From: Planctomycetota bacterium
Lineage (GTDB): Bacteria > Planctomycetota > UBA1135 > UBA2386
Direction of reading: 5' to 3'
DNA: 64,000 nt
NCBI GenBank assembly: GCA_046290465.1
Contig: JBKAGP010000001.1
Coordinates: 1,696,001 to 1,760,000, forward strand
The notes beneath the pieces are model-generated. The model was not told the origin of the DNA. It made no database searches and saw only the letters and a program-made list of their open reading frames with translations. Made by a program: the position numbers and the translations under genes. Positions 19,212-32,397 of the stretch are shown here, piece after piece (position 1 is the stretch's first letter; the number at the start of each line of letters is the position of its first letter).

Positions 19212-20401
19212 GCGACGTCGTGGTCACCGGGGTCGGTTGCCTCGGCGCCTACGGGCTCGGCCTCGACGCCCTGCGCACCGCGCTGGCCGCCGGTGCTCCG
19301 CTGGCCAGCGAGGTCGATCGCTCCGCCGGCTACCACCGCCGGGGTTCGGCGCAGACCGTCGCGTCGTGCGGCGAGCTGTCGTTCGAGCCGTGGCTGTCCG
19401 AGGATGCCGGCCGCCGGATGAGCGACCTGTCGCAGTATGCGGTCACCTGCGCGCGCATGGCGCTGCACGACGCCGGCCTCGACGAGGTCCCGAAGGAGCG
19501 CACGGCGGTCTCGATCGCGACCGCGTTCGGTCCCGGCGGCTTCACCGAACGGCTGGCGCTGCAGGTGCTGCAGAAAGGTGGCAAGTTCGCGTCGCCGTTC
19601 TTGTTCACCGACTGCGTCGCCAACGCCGCCGCCGGCCAGATCGCGATCGCGACCGGTGCGCGCGGCGCCAACACGACCATCTGCCAGCGTGAGGCCGGCC
19701 CGCTGCTGGCCGTCGGCCAGGCGATGCTCGACCTGCAGCTCGGCCGCGCCGACGTCTGCCTGGCCGGCGCGATCGACGAGCTCAAGCCGCTGTCGCACGC
19801 GATCCTCGACCGCTTCCGCGCGGTCGCGCGGCCGCGTGACGGCGAGGAGCTGCCACGGCCGTTCGACGCGCGCCGCAATGGTTACCTCGCCGGCGAAGGC
19901 GGCGCGGTGCTGGTGCTCGAACGCGAGCAGCACGCGCGTGCCCGCGGCGCCACCGTGCTGGCTCGCGTGCGCGCGGCGGCGCGCGGCTTCGACCCGACCG
20001 CCCCGCGCACCGGGATCGGCCAGGGCCACCGCGAGCTCGCTGCGCTGCTGCGCGACCGCATCGGCGACGGGCTGCTGGCCGAGACCGACACCGTCGTCAG
20101 CGCGGCCAGCGGCGCCGTGCGCGGCGACGCGCTCGAGGCCCAGGTGCTCGCAGCGGCGCTGCCCCACGCTCCGCGCGTGCTGGCGCCGAAGGCCGTCACC
20201 GGCGAGTTCGGCGGCGGCACGCTGGCACCGGCCATTTTGGCTCTGCAGGGGGCAAGGTTCGCGGTGCCGGTTGGCTGCAACCACCCCGATCCCATGCTCG
20301 AAGTCCGGCTCGAAGCCGGCCCCGCGCACGCGCAACGGCTGCTGTGTTCGGCACACGGCGCGGGCGGCGTCAGCGCCTGGATCCTGTTCGAACGACCATG
20401 A
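19208..20401 (+). CDS. Catalytically inactive KS homologue / chain-length-factor-like (397 aa)
   Basis: KS fold (VVVTGVG, RPFDARRNG, GEGG) but the Cys position reads CQRE and the His motifs are replaced (SAASGA, KAVTGE). Confidence 0.8.
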   Translation: MSDVVVTGVGCLGAYGLGLDALRTALAAGAPLASEVDRSAGYHRRGSAQTVASCGELSFEPWLSEDAGRRMSDLSQYAVTCARMALHDAGLDEVPKERTAVSIATAFGPGGFTERLALQVLQKGGKFASPFLFTDCVANAAAGQIAIATGARGANTTICQREAGPLLAVGQAMLDLQLGRADVCLAGAIDELKPLSHAILDRFRAVARPRDGEELPRPFDARRNGYLAGEGGAVLVLEREQHARARGATVLARVRAAARGFDPTAPRTGIGQGHRELAALLRDRIGDGLLAETDTVVSAASGAVRGDALEAQVLAAALPHAPRVLAPKAVTGEFGGGTLAPAILALQGARFAVPVGCNHPDPMLEVRLEAGPAHAQRLLCSAHGAGGVSAWILFERP

Positions 20402-21951
20402 CGAATCCCGACTACGACCTCGTCATCCTCGGCGGCGGCCTCGCCGGCGGCCTGCTGGCGCGCCAGATGCGGCTACAGCGCCAGGACCTCAAGGTGCTCG
20501 TGCTCGAGCGCCGCACCGAGACCTCCTACAAAGTCGGCGAAGCGACCGTCGAGCTGTTCTCCAACTACCTGGTCCGCAAGCTCGGCCTGACGACCTACCT
20601 CTACGAGAACCACCTGCCGAAGAACGGCCTGCGGTTCTTCTTCGACCGGGAGGGCATGGACGCGAAGATCACCGAGATGAGCGAGATCGGCAGCTACGGC
20701 CTGCCGTTCCACCCGAGCTTCCAGCTCGACCGCTCGGCCCTCGAACGCGAACTGCTCGACGGCAGCGCCGCCCGCGGCGCCGATGTGCTCGAGGGCTGCA
20801 AGGTCACCGACGTGATCTTCGGTGACCCCCACCACGAGGTCGAGTTCGAAGAGAACGGCGCGACGCGCAAGGTGTCGACCACGTGGGTCGTCGACGCGAC
20901 CGGCCGCACCAGCCTGATCGCCAAGAAGCTGGACCTGCGCGTTCCGGAGCGGCAGCACCGCTGCCTCGCCTCGTGGGGACGCCTCGGCAACGTCGTCGAC
21001 CTCGACGCGCACGAGATCGACCAGGCGTGGCGCGACCGCACCCGCAACACGTCACGGCGGCTGTCGACGGTGCACTTCATGCATCGCGGCCACTGGGTCT
21101 GGCTGATCCCGCTGCGCGGCGGCGTCACCAGCATCGGCGTGGTCGGCGACACCCGCCACGTCAGCCGCGAGGTGCTGAGCCAGAAGGGGCTGCAGGGCTT
21201 CCTGCGCGGCCAGCGCGCCTGCCAGGAGCTGATCGCCGACGCCGAGTGGCTCGACTTCGGCGCCTACGGCCAGCTCGCCTACGGCACCAAGCAGTGGATC
21301 GGCGACCGCTGGGCCGTGGTCGGCGAGGCCGCGGCGTTCAGCGACCCGTTCTACAGCCCGGGCAGCGACTTCATCACGCTGGCCAACGACTACGTCAGCG
21401 ACCTGATCGCGCGCAGCCACGACGGTGAGGACATCGACGAACGCCGGAAGCTCTACGAGGGCTACCTGCAGTTCCGCTACCAGGCCAACCTGCCGCTCTA
21501 TCGCGAACAGTACGACTTGTTCGGCAGCTATGAGCTGATGTCGATCAAGTGGAACTTCGACATCGCCGCCTACTACGCGCTGTGGGTCAACAGCTACCTG
21601 CAGGACCTGCACCTCGACGTCGACGAGCTGCGGCACGAACTGCGGCAGTCGACGTTCGTCATCAAGGCGCTCGAACGCTTCGCCGCGCTGTTCAACCAGA
21701 CCGAGCGCAAGGTCAGCGCCGACGGCAACTACCACCGCAAGAACCTCGGCGAGTTCGGCGAGGGGCTGGGCGACCTGACGTTCCCGACCGAGGTCGGCAT
21801 GATGGACCGCAAGCAGGCCGAGGCCTACTCGCTGGAGGCGTTCGCCAAGGCGCGCGCCCGCTGCTTCGAACTGCTCGACCACCCCGTGCAGCAAGAGGAG
21901 AAGCTAGGCTTCGTCGACTTCGTCAACGGCCGAGCCCTCCAACCCAACTGA
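20398..21951 (+). CDS. Flavin-dependent halogenase-like FAD oxidoreductase (517 aa)
   Basis: ATG overlapping previous stop; GGGLAG, KVGEAT, HLPKNG (candidate catalytic Lys), WVWLIPL (WxWxIP), FSDPFYSPG. Confidence 0.8.
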   Translation: MTNPDYDLVILGGGLAGGLLARQMRLQRQDLKVLVLERRTETSYKVGEATVELFSNYLVRKLGLTTYLYENHLPKNGLRFFFDREGMDAKITEMSEIGSYGLPFHPSFQLDRSALERELLDGSAARGADVLEGCKVTDVIFGDPHHEVEFEENGATRKVSTTWVVDATGRTSLIAKKLDLRVPERQHRCLASWGRLGNVVDLDAHEIDQAWRDRTRNTSRRLSTVHFMHRGHWVWLIPLRGGVTSIGVVGDTRHVSREVLSQKGLQGFLRGQRACQELIADAEWLDFGAYGQLAYGTKQWIGDRWAVVGEAAAFSDPFYSPGSDFITLANDYVSDLIARSHDGEDIDERRKLYEGYLQFRYQANLPLYREQYDLFGSYELMSIKWNFDIAAYYALWVNSYLQDLHLDVDELRHELRQSTFVIKALERFAALFNQTERKVSADGNYHRKNLGEFGEGLGDLTFPTEVGMMDRKQAEAYSLEAFAKARARCFELLDHPVQQEEKLGFVDFVNGRALQPN

Positions 21952-22330
21952 GTTGCCGTACGGTACGCGGTTCATCCTCCAACTTTCCCCCGCCGGAAGT
22001 TGCAGGATCAGCCAGGCACCGTGCCGCAACCCGGGCTGCGAGCGCTGGGCCATGGCGCGCTGCAACCGCCGCTAGAACGCGTCGAGGCAGCGCTCCACCG
22101 CGCGTTCGCTCTGGGGTGACCGCCAGCAGCGGACGAAGCTGGCGGTGCACGAACCCGCAGCTGAACGATCCGCTCGCCCCGTCTCGCTGCGTCGCAACGT
22201 CTCGCTGCGTGGTTGCCTCGCTGCCACGCAACGTCGCTACTCGCTGGCGACCGGCTCGCCCTCAGCGGACTCGGCCACCCGTGCCCTCACGAACGTTGCA
22301 GGATGAACCAGGTACCGTACCGCAACTCAG
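21948..22330. repeat. REP-like element: three ~36-nt copies (21948-21983 reversed, 21999-22034, 22295-22330)
   Basis: Reference copy gttgcaggatgaaccaggtaccgtaccgcaactcag; first copy is its reverse complement with 4 mismatches. Confidence 0.75.
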
Positions 22331-24042
22331 CGGCCGCGGCGGCGGCGGCCGGAGAGTTGGTCCTTCTTCATCTTGGCGGTGACTTCCTTGTCGCCGCGCT
22401 GGAACGTGAACTCGACCGAGTCGCCCTCGGTCTCGCGCGCGAACTGGAAGATCTGGCGCAGCGAGGTCAGCTGCTTGCCGCCGATCTTGGTCAGCTTGTC
22501 GCCGGCCTTGACGCCCATCTTGGCGGCGCGGCCGTCCTTCTGCACCGACTTGAACGTGAAGCCGTCCATCTCGGCCTCGAACCACGCGGCGGCGAACGCC
22601 GACGACTGGCCGCCGCCGCGACGACGCGTGCGGATGTTCTCACGGTCGAGCAGCGTGTCCATGTTGGCCGTGCCGAGCGCGGCCATCGCGACCACGGTCG
22701 CCGTGTGCCGCTGGTACTCCTCGATCGCCACGTCGAACGTGTCCCACTGCGTGTGCCACGTGTGCTGGAAGTAGTCGCTGCGACCCTTCAGACCCCAGCC
22801 GAGGCCCGGCACCTTGGCCGCCAGGAACGACGCATGGTCGCTGCCGCCCCGACCGCCGCCGATCTGCGCGACGCCGCGCAGTTCGAAGACCGGGCCGTCC
22901 CAGTCCTGGTCCGGCGCGCGCAGCAGACGGTTGACCTGGGCCGCGATCGGCTCGAGCTGCTCCTTCATCTTGTGCGTCACGGTCAGCGACTGCGCCCAGT
23001 TGGTGCCGGTGTCGTGGTTGAAGCACGCCGACACCTTCTCCATGTTCGCGCGGTGCCGCTGCACGAAGCCACGGCTGCCGAGCAGCCCCTGCTCCTCACC
23101 GCCCCACAGGCAGAACTTGATCGAACGCTTCGGCTTGGCGCCGAGCGTCGCCAGGATGCGCGCCGACTCCATCGTCGTCGCACTGCCGGTGCCGTTGTCG
23201 GTGCAGCCCTGCGCCTGGTGCCAGCTGTCGAGGTGCGACGACACCACCACCCACTCGTCCGGCTTCTCGGTGCCTTCGAGCGTCGCGATCACGTTGTGCA
23301 GCTTGATCGGCCCCGGCTTGAACTCGTTCTGGATGTCGAACTGGCAGACCGGCTGCTTGCCCTCGTCGAACAGCGACCACAGCCGATCGAAGTCGTCGGC
23401 GCGCACCGCGATCTCCGGCAGCTTCGGCGCCTGGTCGACCGGCATGCGAGCGACCCGCGAATCGCCGAACACGCGCACGCGCGTCGGATACTTCTGGTTG
23501 GGGTCGTTGGCGCGGTAGACGACGCCGAGCGCGCCCGCCTCCTCGACCGCCTTGCGCACGCGGCTGGTCGGCTTGCGGCGCGAGATCACCCACTTGCCCT
23601 TGGTGTCGGCGACCGCCTCGTCCGTCGAAGAACGCGGCGCCTCGACGAAGCCCGCGGTCTGCATGCCGTCGGTGCCCGCCGTCCACGCGTCGGTCGCGAC
23701 GTACATGTCGAGCTCGATCGGCTCGACGATGCGGCCGATCCACTTGCCGCGCGACCACACCGTCTGCCACTCGTCCCACTCCTCGAGCTCGACCTTCAGG
23801 CCCATCTTCTCGAAGTGGTCCCTGGCCCATTCGCACGCCTTGGTGAAGTTCTCGGAGCCGGTCAGCCGGTGGCCGATGCTGCCGGTCATCTCACCGAGGA
23901 TCGCGTGCACCTGGCTGTTCTCGATGCCCTCCTTGGCGATGCGCGCCGCCATCTCGTCGGACAGAGGCTTCTGGGCCTCCTGCGCGAAGGCGAGCGAGGA
24001 CAGCAGCGGGAGGGCGAGGGACGACGTGCGCAGGAACGGCAT
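22327..24042 (-). CDS. Secreted M28 family metallopeptidase with C-terminal PDZ-like domain (571 aa)
   Basis: Signal peptide AFA-Q; SHLDSW, GCTDNGTG, GEEQGLLGS, SDHASF, WHTQWDT; C-terminal GVKAGDKLTKIGG. Confidence 0.88.
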   Translation of the reverse strand: MPFLRTSSLALPLLSSLAFAQEAQKPLSDEMAARIAKEGIENSQVHAILGEMTGSIGHRLTGSENFTKACEWARDHFEKMGLKVELEEWDEWQTVWSRGKWIGRIVEPIELDMYVATDAWTAGTDGMQTAGFVEAPRSSTDEAVADTKGKWVISRRKPTSRVRKAVEEAGALGVVYRANDPNQKYPTRVRVFGDSRVARMPVDQAPKLPEIAVRADDFDRLWSLFDEGKQPVCQFDIQNEFKPGPIKLHNVIATLEGTEKPDEWVVVSSHLDSWHQAQGCTDNGTGSATTMESARILATLGAKPKRSIKFCLWGGEEQGLLGSRGFVQRHRANMEKVSACFNHDTGTNWAQSLTVTHKMKEQLEPIAAQVNRLLRAPDQDWDGPVFELRGVAQIGGGRGGSDHASFLAAKVPGLGWGLKGRSDYFQHTWHTQWDTFDVAIEEYQRHTATVVAMAALGTANMDTLLDRENIRTRRRGGGQSSAFAAAWFEAEMDGFTFKSVQKDGRAAKMGVKAGDKLTKIGGKQLTSLRQIFQFARETEGDSVEFTFQRGDKEVTAKMKKDQLSGRRRRGR

Positions 24043-24230
24043 GCTATGCAGGTTCGGGGAGTTCGGAGCAGTCCATACAAACAGACCCCACTGCGAATGC
24101 GAGCGCGGCAACGGTCCCGAATGCGTCCCGATCCTGCCCCGCCGACGTCCAGACGCAGGCAGCTCGCCGGCGCGCCAGGTCCGCGCATGCCGCTTGCCGT
24201 AGGGCCGCGACCATTGGGTATCCTCGCAGC

Positions 24231-27200
24231 GTGCTCGATCGCTTCCACCCTACCGTCGCCACCTGGTTCCGCGACCGCCTCGGCGACCCGTCACCACCGC
24301 AGGTCGCAGGCTGGCCGCACATCGCCGGCGGCGAGCACACCCTGATCGCCGCGCCAACCGGCTCTGGCAAGACGCTCGCCGCGTTCCTGCACGCGCTCGA
24401 CGACCTGCTGCGACTCGGCGACGCGCTCGGCGACGACCTGCACGTCGTCTACGTCTCGCCGCTGCGCGCGCTGGCCAACGACGTGCAGAAGAACCTGCAG
24501 CAGCCACTCGCCGAACTGCGCGCGCGCAACCCGTCGCTGCCGGACGTGCGCGTCGCGGTGCGCAGCGGCGACACGCCCCAGAAGGACCGCCAGGCGATGC
24601 TGCGCAAGCCGCCGCACATCCTGGTGACGACGCCCGAGTCGCTCTACATCCTGACGACGACCGAGCGCGGCCGCGCGATGCTCGGCAAGGCACGCACGCT
24701 GATCGTCGACGAGATCCATGCGCTCGCCGGCAGCAAGCGCGGCAGCCACTTCGCACTGACCTGCGAACGGTTCGACCACCTGGTGCGCGAGCAGGGCGGG
24801 CAGCTGCAGCGCATCGGCTTGTCGGCGACCCAGAAGCCGATCGAGCAGACCGCGGGGCTCTTGGCCGGCCGCGGCCGCGACTGCCGGATCGTCGACGTCG
24901 GCCACCGACGCGAACTCGACCTCGCCGTCGTCGTGCCCGGCGCACCGCTCGACACGATCTGCAGCGGCGAGACCTGGACCGAGGTGTTCGCCCGCATCTG
25001 CGCGCTGATCGAACAGCACCGCACGACCCTGGTGTTCACCAACACCCGCAAGATGGCCGAGCGCGTCGCCGCGCGGCTGCGCGAGACGCTCGGCAAGGAG
25101 GCGGTCACCAGCCACCACGGCTCCCTTGCCAAGGAACGCCGCCTCGACGCCGAGCAGCGGCTCAAGCGCGGGGAGCTGCGCGCGCTGGTCGCGACCAGTT
25201 CGCTGGAGCTCGGCATCGACGTCGGCGACGTCGAACTGGTCGTGCAGATCGGGCCGACGCCGACGATCGCCGCGTTCCTGCAGCGCGTCGGCCGCGCCGG
25301 CCACACGCTCGGCGCCACCCCGAAGGGCCGCCTGTTCCCGCTGACCCGCGACGAACTGGTCGCCGCCGCGGCGACCGTGCACGCGGTGCGCGCGGGCGAA
25401 CTCGACCGGACGATCCAGCCGCAGAACGCGCTCGACATCCTGGCGCAGCAGATCGTCGCCGCCGGCGCGACTGCGACCTGGGCCGAGGACGAGCTGTTCG
25501 AACTGGTCACGACGGCCTGGCCGTTCCGCACGCTCTCGCGCGAGCGCTTCGACGCGGTGCTGGCGATGCACGCCGACGGCCGCACCGCGCTGCTGCACAG
25601 GGACTCGGTGCACGGCACGGTGCGCGGCACGCGGCGCGCGCGGCTGACCGCGGTGACCTGCGGCGGCGCGATCCCCGACGTCGCCGACTGGCAGGTCGTG
25701 CTCGACGACGACGACACCCCGGTCGGCACGGTGCACGAGGACTTCGCGATCGAGTCGTCGATCGGCGACGTGTTCCAGCTCGGCACCACCAGCTGGCAGG
25801 TCCGCCGCATCAGCAACGGCACGCTGCGCGTGGCCGACGCCCACGGCGTGCCGCCGAGCCTGCCGTTCTGGATCGCCGAGGGGCCGTCGCGATCGGACGA
25901 GCTGGCGCGCGCGGTGTCGCGCGTGCGCCAGCGCGGCGTCGACGTCGGCTGGCTGCGCGAGGCGTGCGGGCTCGGCGACGACGCTGCCGAACAGCTCGCC
26001 GAATACCTGCAGCAGGGCCGCGACGCGCTCGGCGCGACCCCGTCGCACGACACGCTGGTGCTCGAACGGTTCTTCGACGAGACCGGCGGCCAGCAGCTGA
26101 TCCTGCACGCGCCGTTCGGCAGCCGCATCAACCGCGCGTTCGGCCTGGCGCTGCGCAAGCGGTTCTGCGTCGGCTTCGGCTTCGAGCTGCAGGCGGCGGC
26201 CAACGAAGAGGCGCTGCTGATCTCGCTCGGCCCGATGCACAGCTTCCCGCTGACCGACGTCTGGCAGTTCTTGAACCCGAAGACGGTCAAGGACGTGCTG
26301 ATCCAGGCGATGCTGCCGGCTCCGCTGTTCCAGGCCCGCTGGCGCTGGAACGTCACGCGCTCGCTGCTGGTCGAGCGGTTCCGATCCGGTGGCAAGGTCC
26401 CGGCGCCGCTGCTGCGGTTCCGCGCCGACGACGCACTGGCGACCGCGTTCCCGGCCGCGCAGGCGTGTCCCGAGACGCTCCCCGGCGGGCCGATCGACGT
26501 GCCGCTCGACCACCCGATGGTCGACCAGACCGTGCACGACAGCCTCTACGAGGCGATGGACTTCGACGGTCTGCACGCGCTGCTGGTCCGGATCCAGAAC
26601 GGCGGCGTGCAGCTGCTCGAGTGCGAGCGCAGCGAACCGTCGCCGTTCGCCGCCAGCATCCTCAACGCGATGCCGTACGCGTTCCTCGACGACGCCCCGC
26701 TCGAAGAGCGACGCACCCAGGCGGTCGTCACCGCGCAACGCGGCGGCGCCGCGCGCACCCGTGACGAGTCCGACAGCGAGCTCGACCCCGACGCACTGCA
26801 GCAGGTCCGCGAGGAGTGTTGGCCGGAGCCGCGCGACGCCGCCGAACTGCACGAGGCGCTCGGCTGGATGGGCTGGCTCGAGCGCAGCGAGGTCGGTGAC
26901 GACTGGCGGCCGTGGCTCGACGAGCTGCTCGCCGACGGCCGCGCGCTGCCCGACGGCGAACGGCTGTTCGCGCCGGAGGCCGATCGCGCCCCGCTGGCCG
27001 CGTGGCGCGGTCGCCTCGAAGCGGTCATCCCGGTCTGGGACGACCAGCTCGACGACGACGACCGCGAATCGCTGCGCGCGCTCGAGGCCGAAGGCACCGC
27101 GATGCGCGCGCGCTGCCAGGGCCGCGAGCTGTGGGCCCACCGCCGCCTGCTCGCGCGCGTGCGCCGCGCCATGGTCGAACGGCTGCGCCGCGCGGTGCGG

Positions 27201-28061
27201 CCGGTCAGCAAGGCGGACTACGAGGCGTTCGTTCCGATCTGGCAGAAGGCGACCCCGACGACGCGGCGCACCGGTCCGCTCGGACTGTCGGAGACCCTGT
27301 CGCAGCTCGGCTGCCTCGCCTGCCCGACCGAGCGCTGGGAGGACGAGGTGCTGCCCAACCACCTCGATCGCTACCACCGCGAGTGGCTCGACCAGGTGAC
27401 GCTGTCCGGCGAACTGGTCTGGCTGCGGCTCTGGGGGCCCTGGCGCGGACCGCTGTCGAAGCTGCCGCTGTCGATCGTGCCGCGCAGCGAGCTGCACCTG
27501 TGGCTGCAGCTGCCGCTCGACCGCGCCGACGTCGACGACCTCGGCGGCGACGCGCGCGGCCTCTACGACCTGCTGCAAGAACGCGGCGCGCTGTTCCCCA
27601 CCGACCTGCAGGCCCACGCCAAGCTGCTGCCGAGCCACTTCGAGGACGCGCTCGGGGAGCTGGTCGGCGCCGGGCTGGTGACCTGCGACTCGTTCGCCGC
27701 GATGCGGCAGCTGGCGATCGCGCCGAGCAAGCGACGCTTCCCGCTGTTCGCGGTCGGCCGCTGGAGCCTGCTGCCGGTGCCGGCCGCCGACACCCGCGCC
27801 AGCGACGAGGCGATCGAGATGGTCGCCGGTGCGCTGCTGCGACGGTTCGGGGTGCTGAGCCACGCGCTGCTGCTCGACCACAAGGTGCCGATCCCGTGGC
27901 GCCTGCTGCTGCGCACGCTGCGGCAGTTCGAGCTGCGCGGCGACGTGCGCGGCGGCCGCTTCGTCAGCGGCTGGGCCGGCGAGCAGTACGCGCTGCCCGA
28001 CGCGGTGGCCGAGCTGCGCCGCGTCGCACGGGCCGATGCGAACGCCAAGAGCGCGGGCTGA
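24231..28061 (+). CDS. lhr: Lhr family DEAD/DEAH-box helicase with long C-terminal extension (1276 aa)
   Basis: APTGSGKT, SPLRAL, TTPESL, DEIH, SAT, SSLELGID, QRVGRAGH; C-terminal RGGRFVSGWAGEQYALP. Confidence 0.92.
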   Translation: MLDRFHPTVATWFRDRLGDPSPPQVAGWPHIAGGEHTLIAAPTGSGKTLAAFLHALDDLLRLGDALGDDLHVVYVSPLRALANDVQKNLQQPLAELRARNPSLPDVRVAVRSGDTPQKDRQAMLRKPPHILVTTPESLYILTTTERGRAMLGKARTLIVDEIHALAGSKRGSHFALTCERFDHLVREQGGQLQRIGLSATQKPIEQTAGLLAGRGRDCRIVDVGHRRELDLAVVVPGAPLDTICSGETWTEVFARICALIEQHRTTLVFTNTRKMAERVAARLRETLGKEAVTSHHGSLAKERRLDAEQRLKRGELRALVATSSLELGIDVGDVELVVQIGPTPTIAAFLQRVGRAGHTLGATPKGRLFPLTRDELVAAAATVHAVRAGELDRTIQPQNALDILAQQIVAAGATATWAEDELFELVTTAWPFRTLSRERFDAVLAMHADGRTALLHRDSVHGTVRGTRRARLTAVTCGGAIPDVADWQVVLDDDDTPVGTVHEDFAIESSIGDVFQLGTTSWQVRRISNGTLRVADAHGVPPSLPFWIAEGPSRSDELARAVSRVRQRGVDVGWLREACGLGDDAAEQLAEYLQQGRDALGATPSHDTLVLERFFDETGGQQLILHAPFGSRINRAFGLALRKRFCVGFGFELQAAANEEALLISLGPMHSFPLTDVWQFLNPKTVKDVLIQAMLPAPLFQARWRWNVTRSLLVERFRSGGKVPAPLLRFRADDALATAFPAAQACPETLPGGPIDVPLDHPMVDQTVHDSLYEAMDFDGLHALLVRIQNGGVQLLECERSEPSPFAASILNAMPYAFLDDAPLEERRTQAVVTAQRGGAARTRDESDSELDPDALQQVREECWPEPRDAAELHEALGWMGWLERSEVGDDWRPWLDELLADGRALPDGERLFAPEADRAPLAAWRGRLEAVIPVWDDQLDDDDRESLRALEAEGTAMRARCQGRELWAHRRLLARVRRAMVERLRRAVRPVSKADYEAFVPIWQKATPTTRRTGPLGLSETLSQLGCLACPTERWEDEVLPNHLDRYHREWLDQVTLSGELVWLRLWGPWRGPLSKLPLSIVPRSELHLWLQLPLDRADVDDLGGDARGLYDLLQERGALFPTDLQAHAKLLPSHFEDALGELVGAGLVTCDSFAAMRQLAIAPSKRRFPLFAVGRWSLLPVPAADTRASDEAIEMVAGALLRRFGVLSHALLLDHKVPIPWRLLLRTLRQFELRGDVRGGRFVSGWAGEQYALPDAVAELRRVARADANAKSAG

Positions 28062-28086
28062 TCGCCTCGCCCCCCGGCGCGGGCCG

Positions 28087-28440
28087 ATGAACGCGTCGAG
28101 GAACGACGTGACCAACACCAGCCGACGCGATGCCTACTCCGCGCGCGTGATGCTCCGCCGCATCGGCGGGCGCGACGAGCAGTTCGGAGCGACGATCCGC
28201 GAGCGCATCGACGAGATGATGGCGTTCCTGGACGCGGTCATCCTGCGCCTGCCGGACGATCCGCCCGACGACATGGTCGAAGAACTCGAGCGCGTCGTCA
28301 CCACCCTCAGCACCGCCGACGCCAGCCTCGCCAGCGGCAACAGCACCGCATCCCTGCAGATGATCGACCTCGCCCGAGCCCGCCTCGAGCGCTTCGTCCG
28401 CAAGACCCCCTCCCTCCCCGATCCAAACACCGCAACCTGA
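28087..28440 (+). CDS. Hypothetical helical protein (~117 aa)
   Basis: Open frame with coding-like GC3 directly after lhr; start uncertain. Confidence 0.5.
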   Translation: MNASRNDVTNTSRRDAYSARVMLRRIGGRDEQFGATIRERIDEMMAFLDAVILRLPDDPPDDMVEELERVVTTLSTADASLASGNSTASLQMIDLARARLERFVRKTPSLPDPNTAT

Positions 28441-28493
28441 ACCCGGTTCCGTATGCGGCGCCAGACACCGCATACGGAACCGGGTTCAGGTTG
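28433..28493. repeat. Perfect 26-bp inverted repeat (hairpin; possible bidirectional terminator or REP-like)
   Basis: caacctgaacccggttccgtatgcgg - 9 nt - ccgcatacggaaccgggttcaggttg; contains both convergent stop codons. Confidence 0.8.
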
Positions 28494-29027
28494 TGGCTTC
28501 GAGCAGGGCGGGGAGGTCGAGTTGGTCGCCGCCGGCGCGGTCCTGCCATTGGTAGCGGAGGGTGCCTGTGGCGTCGAAGACCAGGGCGCCGCCCTGCTGC
28601 CAGGGGTCGCCCTGGACGCGGGCGGGCAGGAAGCCGCCGAACAGCGCGCGCAGGCCGTGCAGGATCGTGCGCCAGTGGAACGTCGCCAGCACGCCGCGCT
28701 TCATGCCGGCGGCGGTGAAGGCGTCGCGCGACGGATCGCCCAGCACCGGGCAGGAGAGCTGCTGGTCGTCGCGGAACGCTTTGGCCATCGCCGGGGTGCC
28801 GGGGCCGACGAACACCATCTGCGCGCCGCGCTCGGCGAACTGCTGCTCGTGGCCGCGCAACTGCGCGACCCGTTCGCGGGTGAACAGTCAACCGAAGTGC
28901 CGCACGAACACGACCACCAGCGCGCCGCCTGCCGACGACGGTTCCGCGCCGCCGGGCAGCAGGCTGCGCAGCGTCACCGGCCGGTCGTCGCCGTCGCGCA
29001 GCGCGACGTCGAGCACGTCGTCGGGAC

Positions 29028-29031
<4 letters not shown>
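28486..29031 (-). CDS. Probable selenoprotein: peroxiredoxin-like AhpC/TSA (AhpC-TSA_2-type) protein with Sec at codon 48 (181 aa)
   Basis: ATG overlaps the sulfatase stop; VVFVRHFG-TGA-LFTR continues in frame into ORF 28486..28860 (QGDPWQQGGALVFD); TGA sits at the redox Cys position. Confidence 0.75.

Positions 29032-32396
<3,365 letters not shown>

Positions 32397-32397
<1 letters not shown>

Noticed and set aside
21948..22330. CRISPR array (36-nt units with GTTG...CAAC ends)
   Set aside because: Only three degenerate copies in mixed orientation with 15- and 260-nt gaps, and no cas genes.
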